Below are positions 1 through 9,497 of a stretch of DNA of 60,593 nt, piece after piece. Both the position numbers and the translations under genes were made by a program. The notes under the pieces were generated by a model. That model was given only the letters and a program-made list of their open reading frames with translations, did no database searches and had not been told where the DNA came from. The first letter of the stretch is position 1. Every line of letters begins with the position of its first letter. Origin of the DNA: an uncultured Prevotellaceae bacterium (lineage in GTDB: Bacteria > Bacteroidota > Bacteroidia > Bacteroidales > UBA3663); assembly GCA_964530595.1 (NCBI GenBank), contig CAZGZL010000001.1, positions 1-60,593 on the forward strand. The letters are read 5' to 3'.

Positions 1-188
1 GTTCTGCCCGTCTCTTAGGGGTGAGTCTTTACGGAGGCGATTGCATTGTCGCTCCGGATGGCACTTGCCGCATCATCGACTTCAACGACTGGCCCAGTTA
101 CGCCCCCTGTCGTGCTGCGGCTGCCGATGCCATTGCCCACTTGGTGCAATATGGCGAAGCCGCAGCAGAGACGTCCGCTACTGATTGA
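1..188 (+). CDS. 3' end of an ATP-grasp-like enzyme gene (5' part lies outside the window)
   Basis: Frame 3 is open from the window edge to TGA at 186-188. It reads ...ARLLGVSLYGGDCIVAPDGTCRIIDFNDWPSYAPCRAAAADAIAHLVQYGEAAAETSATD. The RIIDFNDWPS block resembles the C-terminal metal/ATP strand of ATP-grasp ligases or kinases. It is absent from the ORF track because it has no start codon in the window. Confidence 0.45.
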   Translation, partial: SARLLGVSLYGGDCIVAPDGTCRIIDFNDWPSYAPCRAAAADAIAHLVQYGEAAAETSATD

Positions 189-221
189 TCAACAACTCTT
201 CACATACAAATACAGATACAC

Positions 222-1142
222 GTGCTTACACCCGATAATCGCGCCCGTTATGAGGCGACCCTCAAACATCCCGACACCGAAGAGACGATAGACCTCTGGT
301 TTTATCGTCCTTTGGGTTTTCGCTTTGCGTGCTTGGCAGAGCGTTGGGGTATTACTCCCAACGCCATCTCCGTGCTCTCTATCTTTCTTGGTGTCGGAGC
401 CGGATTGCTGTTTTATCCCACCCACCTCGCTTACAACCTCGTCGGTATTCTTCTGCTCATCATGGCGGACATTTGTGATAGCGCCGACGGGCAGTTGGCG
501 CGTATGACCCACCGCTTCTCCCGCTTGGGACGCATCTTGGACGGCGCTTGCGGTGACCTGTGGTTTATCAGCATTTACGTCGCTATCTGTTGCCGTCTTA
601 CCCCCCAATGGGGCGTTTACATTTGGATCCTTGCCATCGTCACAGGGGGGTGTCACTCTCTCCAAGCGGCAATGGCGGACTATTATCGCAACTTCCACCT
701 CTTCTTTGTCAAAGGCAAAAGTGGCAGCGAACTCGAAGATGCTCGTCAGGTAGATGCCGACTACCGGGCGGTACGCTTCGCTCGCGAACCTCTCTATAAG
801 GTGTTTATGTTCTTCTACCGCAACTACACTCGCGAACAGGAATTTTTCACTCCACGGATGCAACGCTTCCGCGCCTTGCTCCGCACCAAGTATGGCGACC
901 GTCCCATGCCCGCCACACTCATTGCCTCCTTTCGCGCCCAATCGTTGCCACTGATGAAGTACACCAACATCCTCTCTTTTAATTGTCGCGCCATCCTCCT
1001 TTCATGCTCGCTGATCGTTGGCTTGCCGTGGATCTACTTTGTCGGAGAGTTGACGTTGTTCAACGTTTTGCTGCTCTACATGATCGTTCAACATGAAAAA
1101 ATGTGTTGCAACTTTACCCGCCTTGAAGCGGCTGAGGCCTAA
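222..1142 (+). CDS. CDP-alcohol phosphatidyltransferase family membrane protein
   Basis: 306-aa polytopic ORF with a GTG start. The motif D86-SA-DG-QL-AR-x8-G-x3-D-x4-D112 approximates the CDP-alcohol phosphatidyltransferase signature D-x2-DG-x2-AR-x8-G-x3-D-x3-D; the last spacing is 4 instead of 3. Confidence 0.85.
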   Translation: MLTPDNRARYEATLKHPDTEETIDLWFYRPLGFRFACLAERWGITPNAISVLSIFLGVGAGLLFYPTHLAYNLVGILLLIMADICDSADGQLARMTHRFSRLGRILDGACGDLWFISIYVAICCRLTPQWGVYIWILAIVTGGCHSLQAAMADYYRNFHLFFVKGKSGSELEDARQVDADYRAVRFAREPLYKVFMFFYRNYTREQEFFTPRMQRFRALLRTKYGDRPMPATLIASFRAQSLPLMKYTNILSFNCRAILLSCSLIVGLPWIYFVGELTLFNVLLLYMIVQHEKMCCNFTRLEAAEA

Positions 1143-2139
1143 CACGCGCACCCTCTGCCTCATCGTCGGTCTGGCACTGTTGGCGCTCATGGTGTGGGCG
1201 GCAGATCCCGCCACCCTCTGGCAGTACGCCCTGCGGATGCGCTGGTGTCTCCCCGCTGTCGTCGCGGTGTGGGGCGTGGGCTATTACCTCAATGCATGGT
1301 CGTGGCGTACGGTGATTGGCACCAATCCGATGTTGCAGCCGTTGCCCTTTGCCCGCCTCTATCGCTTCACCGTCACCGGTTTTGCCATCAACTATATCAC
1401 CCCCTTCGGGTTGTTGGGAGGTGAACCCTATCGCATCGTTGAGCTACGCCCTTATCTCGGCTTGGAACGGGCGTCGGGCAGCGTCATTCTCTATATGATG
1501 ATGCACGTCACCTCGCACCTCATCCTCTGGCTGACCGGCTGCCTGCTGGTGGCTATCACCCTGCCCGGTCTCTCAGCCACAAGTATTGTCGGGCTTTGGG
1601 TCGTCGTGGGAGTATGCTTGACCGTTTTGGCGCTGTTCCTGCGGGGTTATCGCCGGGGGCTCATCTTGCGCGTGGTGCGCGCTTTGAGTCACTTGCCGCT
1701 GATCGGTAGACGCCTGCGCCGCCTTACCTCTGAGAATGTGGCGCGTCTACGCTCGGTAGATGACAACATCACCGACCTTTTGAGCCACCATCCACGAGCC
1801 TTTGCTCGCTCCTTGTCGTTGGAGTACGCTTCGCGCATCGTCAACTGCGCAGAGTATTTTTTGCTCCTCAACTACATGGGCTGCCCTGTCAGTTACGCCG
1901 GCGCCGTTATTCTCGTGGCGGGCTCCTCACTTTTGGCAAATCTGCTCTTCTTCTCGCCGTTGCAACTCGGAACTCGCGAGGGGGGTATATTGCTCGCCAT
2001 GCAACTGCTCTATCCGGCGCAGAGCCTTACGGAGCTGATGCCGTTGGCAGTAGCGGTCTCGCTGATGACGCGCGTCAGAGAGTTCATTTGGATCGCCATC
2101 GGACTACTCTTTTTGCGTAGACAAAATAAAACGGCATGA
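1093..2139 (+). CDS. flippase-like / lysylphosphatidylglycerol-synthase transmembrane-domain protein (stand-alone, no synthase domain)
   Basis: 348-aa polytopic protein. The block FTVTGFAINYITPFGLLGGEPYRIVEL is typical of the MprF-type TM (LPG_synthase_TM/UPF0104) family. Its ATG at 1093 overlaps the upstream gene by 50 nt. Confidence 0.8.
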   Translation: MKKCVATLPALKRLRPNTRTLCLIVGLALLALMVWAADPATLWQYALRMRWCLPAVVAVWGVGYYLNAWSWRTVIGTNPMLQPLPFARLYRFTVTGFAINYITPFGLLGGEPYRIVELRPYLGLERASGSVILYMMMHVTSHLILWLTGCLLVAITLPGLSATSIVGLWVVVGVCLTVLALFLRGYRRGLILRVVRALSHLPLIGRRLRRLTSENVARLRSVDDNITDLLSHHPRAFARSLSLEYASRIVNCAEYFLLLNYMGCPVSYAGAVILVAGSSLLANLLFFSPLQLGTREGGILLAMQLLYPAQSLTELMPLAVAVSLMTRVREFIWIAIGLLFLRRQNKTA

Positions 2140-2267
2140 TTTACGTTATACGATCAAGGACGGTGTGACGTCATGACCGCTGAGGCTTGCCTAACGGGGT
2201 GCGACTCACCGAAATAGAACAGAGATATTATCAAGAAACCAGATATACAAATATAGATTTATTAGAA

Positions 2268-3032
2268 ATGAAAGGTATTATTTTAGACTACGGAGCGACT
2301 ATCGACAGCAACGGGAAACATTGGTCGGAAGTGCTATGGGAAAGCTACTGCCGCGTTTCGCTCCCGGTTACCAAAGAGCAATTCAGAGACGCCTATATAT
2401 ATGCCGAACGCTATGTCGGCTTGAATCCGGAAGCTATCGCTCCGGAATACAACTTCTTCGAACTGATGCAGGTGCGCGTCGGCATTCAGATGGACTACTT
2501 GGTGCAGCACGGCGCTCTCAGCGAGGAGATTCTGCACACCACTTTGGCGCTGATCTCGGAAGGCGAGATGCCGATCTTGGAAAATATGCATGACCTGACG
2601 GGACACTTTGTGGACGTCATCTCCGGCTTCTGCTACGACTACGCGCGTCGTTGCACCAACGATGCGATCCCGTTGTTGGAACACTTCTTCGGGAAGTATG
2701 AGTTCGCCTTGGTCTCTAACTTCTACGGCAATCTGCGCGCCGTGCTTCAAGACTTCGGCTTGACACGCTACTTCGCGCACGTTATCGACTCGACCGAAGT
2801 AGGCATTCGCAAACCCGATCCCGCCATCTTCCGCCTTGCCATCGAGCGCATGGGCTTGCAGCCCGAAGAGGTTACGGTGGTAGGCGATTCCTATCGCAAG
2901 GACATCGAGCCCGCACTGAGCTTGGGGTGCAAAGCCATTTGGGTCAAAGGCAGCGGCTGGGAAGACTCCGAAGAGGCGGTACAGTTCGAGCCGTCGATCA
3001 CCTCGCTCATTCAGCTGTACGATTTGCTGTAA
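2268..3032 (+). CDS. HAD-superfamily hydrolase
   Basis: Motif I-like GIILDYGATID right after the ATG at 2268, IRKPD (motif III Lys) and VVGDSYRKDI (motif IV). The track ORF begins at a TTG at 2187; the ATG at 2268 places motif I at the N-terminus as usual. Confidence 0.8.
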   Translation: MKGIILDYGATIDSNGKHWSEVLWESYCRVSLPVTKEQFRDAYIYAERYVGLNPEAIAPEYNFFELMQVRVGIQMDYLVQHGALSEEILHTTLALISEGEMPILENMHDLTGHFVDVISGFCYDYARRCTNDAIPLLEHFFGKYEFALVSNFYGNLRAVLQDFGLTRYFAHVIDSTEVGIRKPDPAIFRLAIERMGLQPEEVTVVGDSYRKDIEPALSLGCKAIWVKGSGWEDSEEAVQFEPSITSLIQLYDLL

Positions 3033-3047
3033 CAAAAGCATAACGCA

Positions 3048-3117
3048 GGGACGCCCCTCGTCGTTTCCGCTTTGCGCACTCGATCAGTGCGTCGGCGGTA
3101 GCGACGAGGGGCGTCCC
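3048..3117. terminator. long GC-rich hairpin between convergent genes (bidirectional terminator)
   Basis: The perfect 16-bp arms GGGACGCCCCTCGTCG (3048-3063) and CGACGAGGGGCGTCCC (3102-3117) enclose a smaller CGCACT/AGTGCG hairpin. They are followed by GTTTATTTTA. The element lies between the HAD stop (3032) and the permease stop (3141). Confidence 0.6.
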
Positions 3118-3140
3118 CGTTTATTTTAGGCTTCTGAGCG

Positions 3141-4454
3141 TCAGATCTTCTGTTTGTAGGTCAAGGCACCGTAGATAGCGATGACCACGAAGCACAACAG
3201 CGGAATGTAGAACGAAACGTGTACGGCGGGCATTCCGCAGATTGTTCCGGCGTCAATCAGATGTGCTTGGATGGGGGGCAGAATCGAGCCACCAACGATC
3301 GACATGATCAGTCCGGCAGCACCGAATTTGCTGTCACGCTGTACCTGTTCGAGGGCGATGCCGTAGATGGTGGGGAACATCAGGGACATTCCGGCAGAAA
3401 CACCTACCAAGCAGTAGAGCCCCCAGATGTTTTGCAGATAGATCGTGCCGAGGGTGAAAAGCCCTGCCGCACACGACAGGAACATCAGAAGCGCCCCCGA
3501 ATTGAAGTATTTGAGCAAGAAGGTACAAACGAAGCGACTCACGAAGAAGACAATCATCGAATAGAGAAAGAATTGCATCGCTTGATGTTCAGCGGCATCT
3601 TCCAATAATCCTTGCGTCATGAAATAGTGGGTGCCGTAGTGGGTGATGAATGTCCAACACATAGTTTGTACGCCCACATAGAAGAATTGGGCAAGTACGC
3701 CCAAAGAGTAACGTTTGTTGTGCAGCAAACGGCTGATGGAGGTGCGCGCCGTGTCTGCCGTCTCCTCTTCGACCTGCTCCTCGCGCGTCGGAATGCGCAT
3801 GAAGAGCAACAGCACGAACATCACTACGATCACCAAGGCAATGCCTAAGTAGGGCTGAATCAATACGTTGAGATCTGAAGACTTCACCGCCTCAAATTCT
3901 GCTTCCGAAAGTTGTGCACGTTGGTCGGCGGTCAGTGGATTGATGCCCGGCTGTATGTAATGTTGCGCCACGATGATGCCACAGAGCGCGCCGAGAGGAT
4001 TGAACGCTTGCGCCATGTTGAGGCGTCGCGTGGCGGTTTCGGGCGAGCCCATCGCCAAGATGAACGGATTGGCAGAGGTTTCCAAAAACGAGAGACCGCA
4101 CGTCAAGATGAAGTAGGCAATGAGGAAGGGATAGAAGGCGCCAATCTGTCCGGCAGGGAAGAAGAGGAGCGCGCCGATGGCGTAAAGCGCCAAGCCCAAC
4201 AGGATGCCCGCCTTGTAGCTATAACGGCGAATGAAGAGGGCGGCAGGAACCGCCATGGCAAAGTATCCACAATAGAACGCGACTTGAACCAAAGTGCCCT
4301 CGGTGACACTCATGCGGAAGATGCGTGAAAAAAGTTTGACCATAGGTTGTGTGATGTCGTTGGCAAAGCCCCATAGAGCAAAGCACGCCGTCACTAAGCA
4401 GAAGGGCAACAGATAATTAACGCCACGATACTTAAATAGGTTATTAGATTGCAT
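3141..4454 (-). CDS. fucP: MFS sugar permease, L-fucose:H+ symporter (FucP) / glucose-galactose transporter family
   Basis: 437-aa 12-TM protein. The N-terminal region LWGFANDITQPMV...VAFYCGYFAMAVPAALFIRRYSYKAGILLGLALYAIGALLF...LETSANPF is colinear with my memory of E. coli FucP (LWAVANNLNDILLPQF...SAFYFGYFIIPIPAGILMKKLSYKAGII...LETAANPF). Confidence 0.85.
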   Translation of the reverse strand: MQSNNLFKYRGVNYLLPFCLVTACFALWGFANDITQPMVKLFSRIFRMSVTEGTLVQVAFYCGYFAMAVPAALFIRRYSYKAGILLGLALYAIGALLFFPAGQIGAFYPFLIAYFILTCGLSFLETSANPFILAMGSPETATRRLNMAQAFNPLGALCGIIVAQHYIQPGINPLTADQRAQLSEAEFEAVKSSDLNVLIQPYLGIALVIVVMFVLLLFMRIPTREEQVEEETADTARTSISRLLHNKRYSLGVLAQFFYVGVQTMCWTFITHYGTHYFMTQGLLEDAAEHQAMQFFLYSMIVFFVSRFVCTFLLKYFNSGALLMFLSCAAGLFTLGTIYLQNIWGLYCLVGVSAGMSLMFPTIYGIALEQVQRDSKFGAAGLIMSIVGGSILPPIQAHLIDAGTICGMPAVHVSFYIPLLCFVVIAIYGALTYKQKI

Positions 4455-4532
4455 ACAAACAAATAAATAATGATGTAGAGATAAAAAATATATACTCGTT
4501 GGTTGAATATACTGAATCGGTGTGGAGAGCGA

Positions 4533-6533
4533 TCATTCGATGCCCCAAGTGGTGCTGAGTACCTGAAACTCTGTGCGGCGGTTGATCTGATCCGCCACCA
4601 CTTGTTCGTCGGTGGGCAGAGAGTTGACGAAAGTCTCGTCTAACGTCTGTCCCTCCGGTAGAAAGAGGTAATGGGCATGCAGTTTTTCGTCTACCACTTT
4701 GGGGTGCTCTTTGCCGTAGCCTTTCGGCACCAAGCGACCGGGGTCGATGCCTTGAGCCACCAAGTAGTCGCAGACCGTTTGTGCACGGCGTTGCGCCAAG
4801 TCTAAATTGAAATTTTGCGAGCCTACGCGGTCTGTATGCGCCGAAAGCTCGATAGAGACGTAGGGGTTGTCGTTGAGCAACGACACCAGATCGTCCAACG
4901 CCGGACGCGAGGTTTCTTGCAGTGTCGCTTTGTTGAAGTCGTAGAACACATTATCTACCAGTACCGGCTCGCTGATGGAGGGTAGATAGAAATCTACTTC
5001 GTAGTCGGCGTCTTCCTCCTCCGGATCGGACGTGAACTGTGCTTTGCGATTTAAATAGCCTTTTTTGCCACTCATCATCACATATTCCGTGCTGCGGTCG
5101 ATGCTGCACTGATAAGTGCCGTCCGGCTTGGTGACAGACTTAAAATTCATCCCGTTGCGACCAACGACGCGCACAATAGCTTCGCCGACGGGTTCCTCGT
5201 CCATGTCGTAGACGGTGCCGCTGATCGTGATCTTGATCGAGGGCAGGCGGAAGCTGTAAATGTTGTCATAGCCCTTGCCGCTGTTGCGGTTGCTACTGAA
5301 GTAGCCTTCAGCTTGCTCTTTGGTCGATCGGCGAAACGTCATTCCGAAGTCATCCGCAGCGCTGTTCATTGGGCTGCCCAAATGCTCTACGTGCCATGTG
5401 CCCCAATCGTCCAAGCGGGCGCTAAACAGATCTAATCCTCCCATGCCGGGGTGTCCGTCGGACGAAAAGTATAGTACGCCGTTCGGATCGAAGGTGGGAA
5501 ACTCCTCGTTGCCGGCGGTATTTACAGCCGCACCAAGATTTTCTACAGGTCCCACTTCTGTGCCTTTCAGCGGGGCGCGCCACAGATCCATTCCCCCGAA
5601 ACCGTCCGGCATATCGCTCACAAAGTAGAGCCACGCTCCGTCCGGCGAGACTGCGGGGTGGGCGAACGTCGAGAGGGTATCTCCGCCGAATTTCACCAAT
5701 TCCCCTTTGCCCCAGTTCGCGTCCGAACGAGTCGAGGCGTAGATGGCGGGGGCGGTGCCGTGTCCGGCAGCTCCCGAAGATAAGGTATAGAACATTGTAT
5801 TGCCGTCGGGCGAGAAGCAGGGGGTACCTTCGTCCGCCTCGGTATTGATTCCGCCGCCGGCACCTTCGGGTTTTGTCCAGTTGCCTTTTTCGTCCTTGCG
5901 GATCACCCAAATATCGCTGTATTTGGTGCCGGTGATGTCGCTTTTGGTGTCTCCAACGGCTTTATCGTTGCTGGTCGTATAATACAAGGCTTCATCTTCC
6001 GTCCCCCAAAGCGCGGGTGAGAAATCCGCACGGCGGGAGTTGATCCAGTTAAATCTCTTGATTTCGTAACGGCTACCGTCGGCTTTCCATTGTGCTGCAT
6101 TCTGTGCACCGAAAAGACCTTGCTCAGCCCGTGCATCTTCCGGATTGTCCTCTAAATATTGTTCGTAAAGCTTGATCGCCTCGGCGTAGCGCCCCTCTTC
6201 GTGGCGCATAGCGGCGTAATGCAATAGTAACTCCGGTTCCTCATAGCCGTAGCGCACAGCGTTCTGATAACTCGCCGCTGCTTGTGCCGGGATCATCAGG
6301 CGTTCATAGCATTGCCCCATATAGTAAGCAACCTCGCCGCGTTTCTCGCGTTCTTGACGCGCGTCTGTCTGGCGATACACTTGTTTCAGTGTTTGCGTAG
6401 CCTTGTAATACTCTCCGCGCTCTATTTCTTCGAGGGCAGTACTCAATTTGGCGGTATGACAAGCGGTCAATGCGCCCGACAGAATGCACAGAAGCAGGGA
6501 GGAGAGACGGTGATTAGGGGTGATAATGCTCAT
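4533..6533 (-). CDS. OmpA-family outer-membrane lipoprotein with TPR, TolB-like PD40 beta-propeller and CarboxypepD_reg-like regions
   Basis: Lipobox LTAC is followed by TPR-like helices. PD40-type repeats are present (FSPDGNTMFY, VSPDGAWLYFVSD, PTFDPNGVLYFSSD). The C-terminal OmpA/MotB peptidoglycan-binding domain reads NKATL...LSAHTDRVGSQNFNLDLAQRRAQTV. Confidence 0.85.
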   Translation of the reverse strand: MSIITPNHRLSSLLLCILSGALTACHTAKLSTALEEIERGEYYKATQTLKQVYRQTDARQEREKRGEVAYYMGQCYERLMIPAQAAASYQNAVRYGYEEPELLLHYAAMRHEEGRYAEAIKLYEQYLEDNPEDARAEQGLFGAQNAAQWKADGSRYEIKRFNWINSRRADFSPALWGTEDEALYYTTSNDKAVGDTKSDITGTKYSDIWVIRKDEKGNWTKPEGAGGGINTEADEGTPCFSPDGNTMFYTLSSGAAGHGTAPAIYASTRSDANWGKGELVKFGGDTLSTFAHPAVSPDGAWLYFVSDMPDGFGGMDLWRAPLKGTEVGPVENLGAAVNTAGNEEFPTFDPNGVLYFSSDGHPGMGGLDLFSARLDDWGTWHVEHLGSPMNSAADDFGMTFRRSTKEQAEGYFSSNRNSGKGYDNIYSFRLPSIKITISGTVYDMDEEPVGEAIVRVVGRNGMNFKSVTKPDGTYQCSIDRSTEYVMMSGKKGYLNRKAQFTSDPEEEDADYEVDFYLPSISEPVLVDNVFYDFNKATLQETSRPALDDLVSLLNDNPYVSIELSAHTDRVGSQNFNLDLAQRRAQTVCDYLVAQGIDPGRLVPKGYGKEHPKVVDEKLHAHYLFLPEGQTLDETFVNSLPTDEQVVADQINRRTEFQVLSTTWGIE

Positions 6534-6551
6534 GGTCTTTGCGTGAAGATA

Positions 6552-7901
6552 TTACTTTGCGTCGCCTTGTTCCTTGCGTTTCCGGCTACGGCTACGCTTG
6601 CGCTGCTCGCGGCGGCGCACGTTGCGGCGATGCTTCTCCGGCGTGGTACGCGAGGTTTCGCCGTCGATGTCAGCGTTTTCGCGACCGTTGGGACGGCGCA
6701 CCGGGGCTGCTTGTGGCGTCGGGGCACTACCTCCTTTGCGCGTAGTGTAGAAGGCATCGTAAGGCAAGATATATTCATCACGTGCTCCGACATTTGAGGC
6801 GCGCAAGAGCTGGCGAAAGGCATCCACCGAGCGCCCCAACCCTTTCACAAAGTGGGGGAGGGCTCGCGGACGTGCCACATACGCGCCGCCTTGGTAGAAG
6901 GTGCGATAGCGAAACAGCATATCCAAAAGGTGAATGACGCTACTGGTGCGCTCTTTCCCGATCTGGCTGTTCAAGAGAAACTGCGTGGCAGCCTTTTTGC
7001 TACCCATTTCAGCCAAATGCAACGTCAATACCGCTAAACGGGTCGTCGTGTCAGAGTGCGGGTAATAATTGGTCAGATCGCGAAGCATTTGGCGTGTATG
7101 TTGCCAAATCGTGCAATCGGCATCTTTAAGGTACGGCACACAACGATCCGACTCGATGAACTCCACCAAGTCGGGCATGATGTAGGGCAACAAGCCGCAT
7201 GTATAGAGATCTTCGAAGGCTTCGCCCAACGTCTTAGTTTTGATAATCTTGTTGAGTTCGTCGCGCACTCGCTTAGGTGCGGCGTCTTTCATCTCCTCGT
7301 GATGCTTCACGATGGCGTCCCACGTCTCCGGCAGGAAATGGAAGCCCTTCTGATGCTTAAAGCGGATGCCGCGGAGCATACGTACCGGGTCTTGTCTGAA
7401 AATCAGCTCCGGGTCGCCCGGAGTGCGCAGCAAGCCCTCTTTAAGGTCTTGTCGTCCGCTTCCTGTCGGATCTAACACCTCGCCGGTGTGTAAATTCTTA
7501 TAGAGGGCGTTGCACGTATAGTCGCGGCGGCATGCATCCTCTTCGAGTGAGCAAAAATGGGTGTCGAGCAGCGTCACGCCATCTTCGGCGTAAAGCTCTA
7601 CGTGGGGTTCTACGCATTCGACCAACGTGAGACTTCCGTCGATGATTACATCCATAGCCGTTGTGCCGTAGCGTTGATAGTAGAAAGGACCATGACACGT
7701 CTCCGGATAGGTGGCACACATATATTCCACCCATTCGCGTTGTCCGTTGGGCAAATTGATCAGCAAATCAAGATCCTTATAACGCTCTCCGAGCAGTTCA
7801 TCGCGAACACACCCTCCGACCAAATAGATCTGTCCGTAATAAGGGGAACCGGGCTGAATTTGGCGGCTGATGAATTGGAGCGTCTTTTCGAATTTATTCA
7901 T
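6552..7901 (-). CDS. tRNA nucleotidyltransferase (CCA-adding) / poly(A) polymerase family protein with basic C-terminal tail
   Basis: N-terminal nucleotidyltransferase motif IYLVGGCVRDELLG-x6-DLDLLIN and RRDYTCNALY (class II CCA/PAP family). The last ~70 aa are a Lys/Arg-rich low-complexity tail. Confidence 0.85.
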   Translation of the reverse strand: MNKFEKTLQFISRQIQPGSPYYGQIYLVGGCVRDELLGERYKDLDLLINLPNGQREWVEYMCATYPETCHGPFYYQRYGTTAMDVIIDGSLTLVECVEPHVELYAEDGVTLLDTHFCSLEEDACRRDYTCNALYKNLHTGEVLDPTGSGRQDLKEGLLRTPGDPELIFRQDPVRMLRGIRFKHQKGFHFLPETWDAIVKHHEEMKDAAPKRVRDELNKIIKTKTLGEAFEDLYTCGLLPYIMPDLVEFIESDRCVPYLKDADCTIWQHTRQMLRDLTNYYPHSDTTTRLAVLTLHLAEMGSKKAATQFLLNSQIGKERTSSVIHLLDMLFRYRTFYQGGAYVARPRALPHFVKGLGRSVDAFRQLLRASNVGARDEYILPYDAFYTTRKGGSAPTPQAAPVRRPNGRENADIDGETSRTTPEKHRRNVRRREQRKRSRSRKRKEQGDAK

Positions 7902-7987
7902 TTAGAATGGTTAGCTAACTTTGTTCCTGTCTTGAGATCTCCTCGTTTAGGTCGGTCGACGGAACGGGAGACTCAGACACTACGTTG

Positions 7988-7995
7988 CAAAGATA
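7988..7995 (-). promoter_or_regulatory. candidate Bacteroidota -7 box (TATCTTTG on minus strand)
   Basis: CAAAGATA on the plus strand equals TAnnTTTG on the minus strand. It lies 87 nt upstream of the ATG at 7901. Confidence 0.35.
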
Positions 7996-8129
7996 GCATA
8001 AAGTGTTGGCATCAACAAATTTATTGACTTTTTTCAAGAATTTCCTCGCTGCGGCTTCTCTCGTCGTCATGCTCTCTCTTGCGCCGTGTGCAGAGCCACT
8101 CCGAAAACCATATGCTCAGCAAGTGAGAT

Positions 8130-9443
8130 TCAGCGGTTCTGCTCAGAGGAATGTTCACAGAGCGTGCGCAGGGAGAAGCTGAGGCGCGTAGCCGAGGAAA
8201 GCTGCACAAGGATCAGCAGCGCAAAAGGAACAGAGGGGAGAAAAAGCCGCCCATATTCGCCGTAAGAACCGATGGTCATCACTGCAATGTTGCCACAGCA
8301 GGCGAGGAGCAACGTCCAGTTAAGCCAGTCGATGGAATGCTTCATTAAGCCTATGTAGAGCAGCAAAAGGGCGTAAACGAACAGGACAAAGTAGATGACA
8401 TACAGTTTAATCGGAATATACCCCACGTAGAAAATGAGCGAGGGCAGTTCCGCCGAATTCTCCAGCATATTGCATTTGGCAGAGCTCAACACCCGTCGGC
8501 AGGCGTACAGATACCAGCGCATACCTAACTGCGCCTTTGCTTCGGAGATGTAGTTGTATTGATCCAAAGGTGGTAGGTGGAGGAAATATTCCAAATAGGC
8601 TTCTTGATCCTCCTTGAGCCGATCGGAAGTCTCTAATATCTTTTGCGACGTCGGACTTTCGCCATGAATTTGGTCAAAAAGATCCTCTATCCGGAGGTTA
8701 TTGGCATCATTGAGCATCGAGACGGTAGAGATGAGGCGCACCCCTGTCTCCTTTCGGATGGCTTGTGTGTAGCCGAACAAAGCGAGCAAGACCGCCACAA
8801 GTGAGATGCTCAACAGGTGGAGCGGCTTTTTCTTGTGCTGAAACTGCCAGAGGATGCAAACGAGCAACACTACAACAAATAGATATAAGAACGCCGGGCG
8901 TAGAAAGGTCAATAGGAGTAACCAAAAGGTAACGCCGAACAGATAGCGTTTGCGTGCAGTGGCATACAGTCGGACGAGTGCGGAGAGCAGGAAGACGACG
9001 CCGCTCGTCGCCAAACTCTCGGTCAGCAGGCACAGCGCGTAGGCTGCAATGCCGGGCTCAAGGGAGTAGAACGCGGTTGCGAGCCAGACGATCCAACGCC
9101 GTTTCGAGAGGTGGGACGCCAAAAAATGAAAGCTCGGAATCGAGGCGACGAAGATTAGAATCTGAAAGAACGCGGCAGCTTCGTCTGCGTACGTCCCGAA
9201 GAGTCGTCCCATCATCCCCAAGAAGAAGGGGTAGATCGGCGTTCTGAAGATGTCCCAATGCCCGGTTTGTAGGGTGTGCCAAGCCTCTTTGTAGCTCTCT
9301 GTGTCTACGCAAGTGGTTGCCCCGAAGCATAGCAATTCACCTACCAAGATAAGAAACGATAGGGCGAGAAGATACGCCATAGGGCGCTTCTGGATGCCTC
9401 GAAATAGGATGCTGAGTGCTGTTCGGATTTTGGATTGCAGCAT
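8130..9443 (-). CDS. polytopic membrane protein of unknown function (possibly GT-C-like glycosyltransferase or polymerase)
   Basis: 437-aa ORF with about 7 predicted TM helices, a ~110-aa soluble insert and about 3 more TM helices. An acidic first-loop motif CVDTESY is present. The function is inferred only from topology and neighbourhood. Confidence 0.55.
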   Translation of the reverse strand: MLQSKIRTALSILFRGIQKRPMAYLLALSFLILVGELLCFGATTCVDTESYKEAWHTLQTGHWDIFRTPIYPFFLGMMGRLFGTYADEAAAFFQILIFVASIPSFHFLASHLSKRRWIVWLATAFYSLEPGIAAYALCLLTESLATSGVVFLLSALVRLYATARKRYLFGVTFWLLLLTFLRPAFLYLFVVVLLVCILWQFQHKKKPLHLLSISLVAVLLALFGYTQAIRKETGVRLISTVSMLNDANNLRIEDLFDQIHGESPTSQKILETSDRLKEDQEAYLEYFLHLPPLDQYNYISEAKAQLGMRWYLYACRRVLSSAKCNMLENSAELPSLIFYVGYIPIKLYVIYFVLFVYALLLLYIGLMKHSIDWLNWTLLLACCGNIAVMTIGSYGEYGRLFLPSVPFALLILVQLSSATRLSFSLRTLCEHSSEQNR

Positions 9444-9497
9444 GAAGATTTTGTACCGTGAATGATGTAAATATCAAGTCGTCAAAGGGTGGCGCGC

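Noticed and set aside
189-941. A 250-aa minus-strand ORF and several 60-80 aa ORFs at the left edge.
   Set aside because: They overlap the CDP-alcohol phosphatidyltransferase gene, which carries a family signature, and the ATP-grasp 3' end. They have no motifs of their own.
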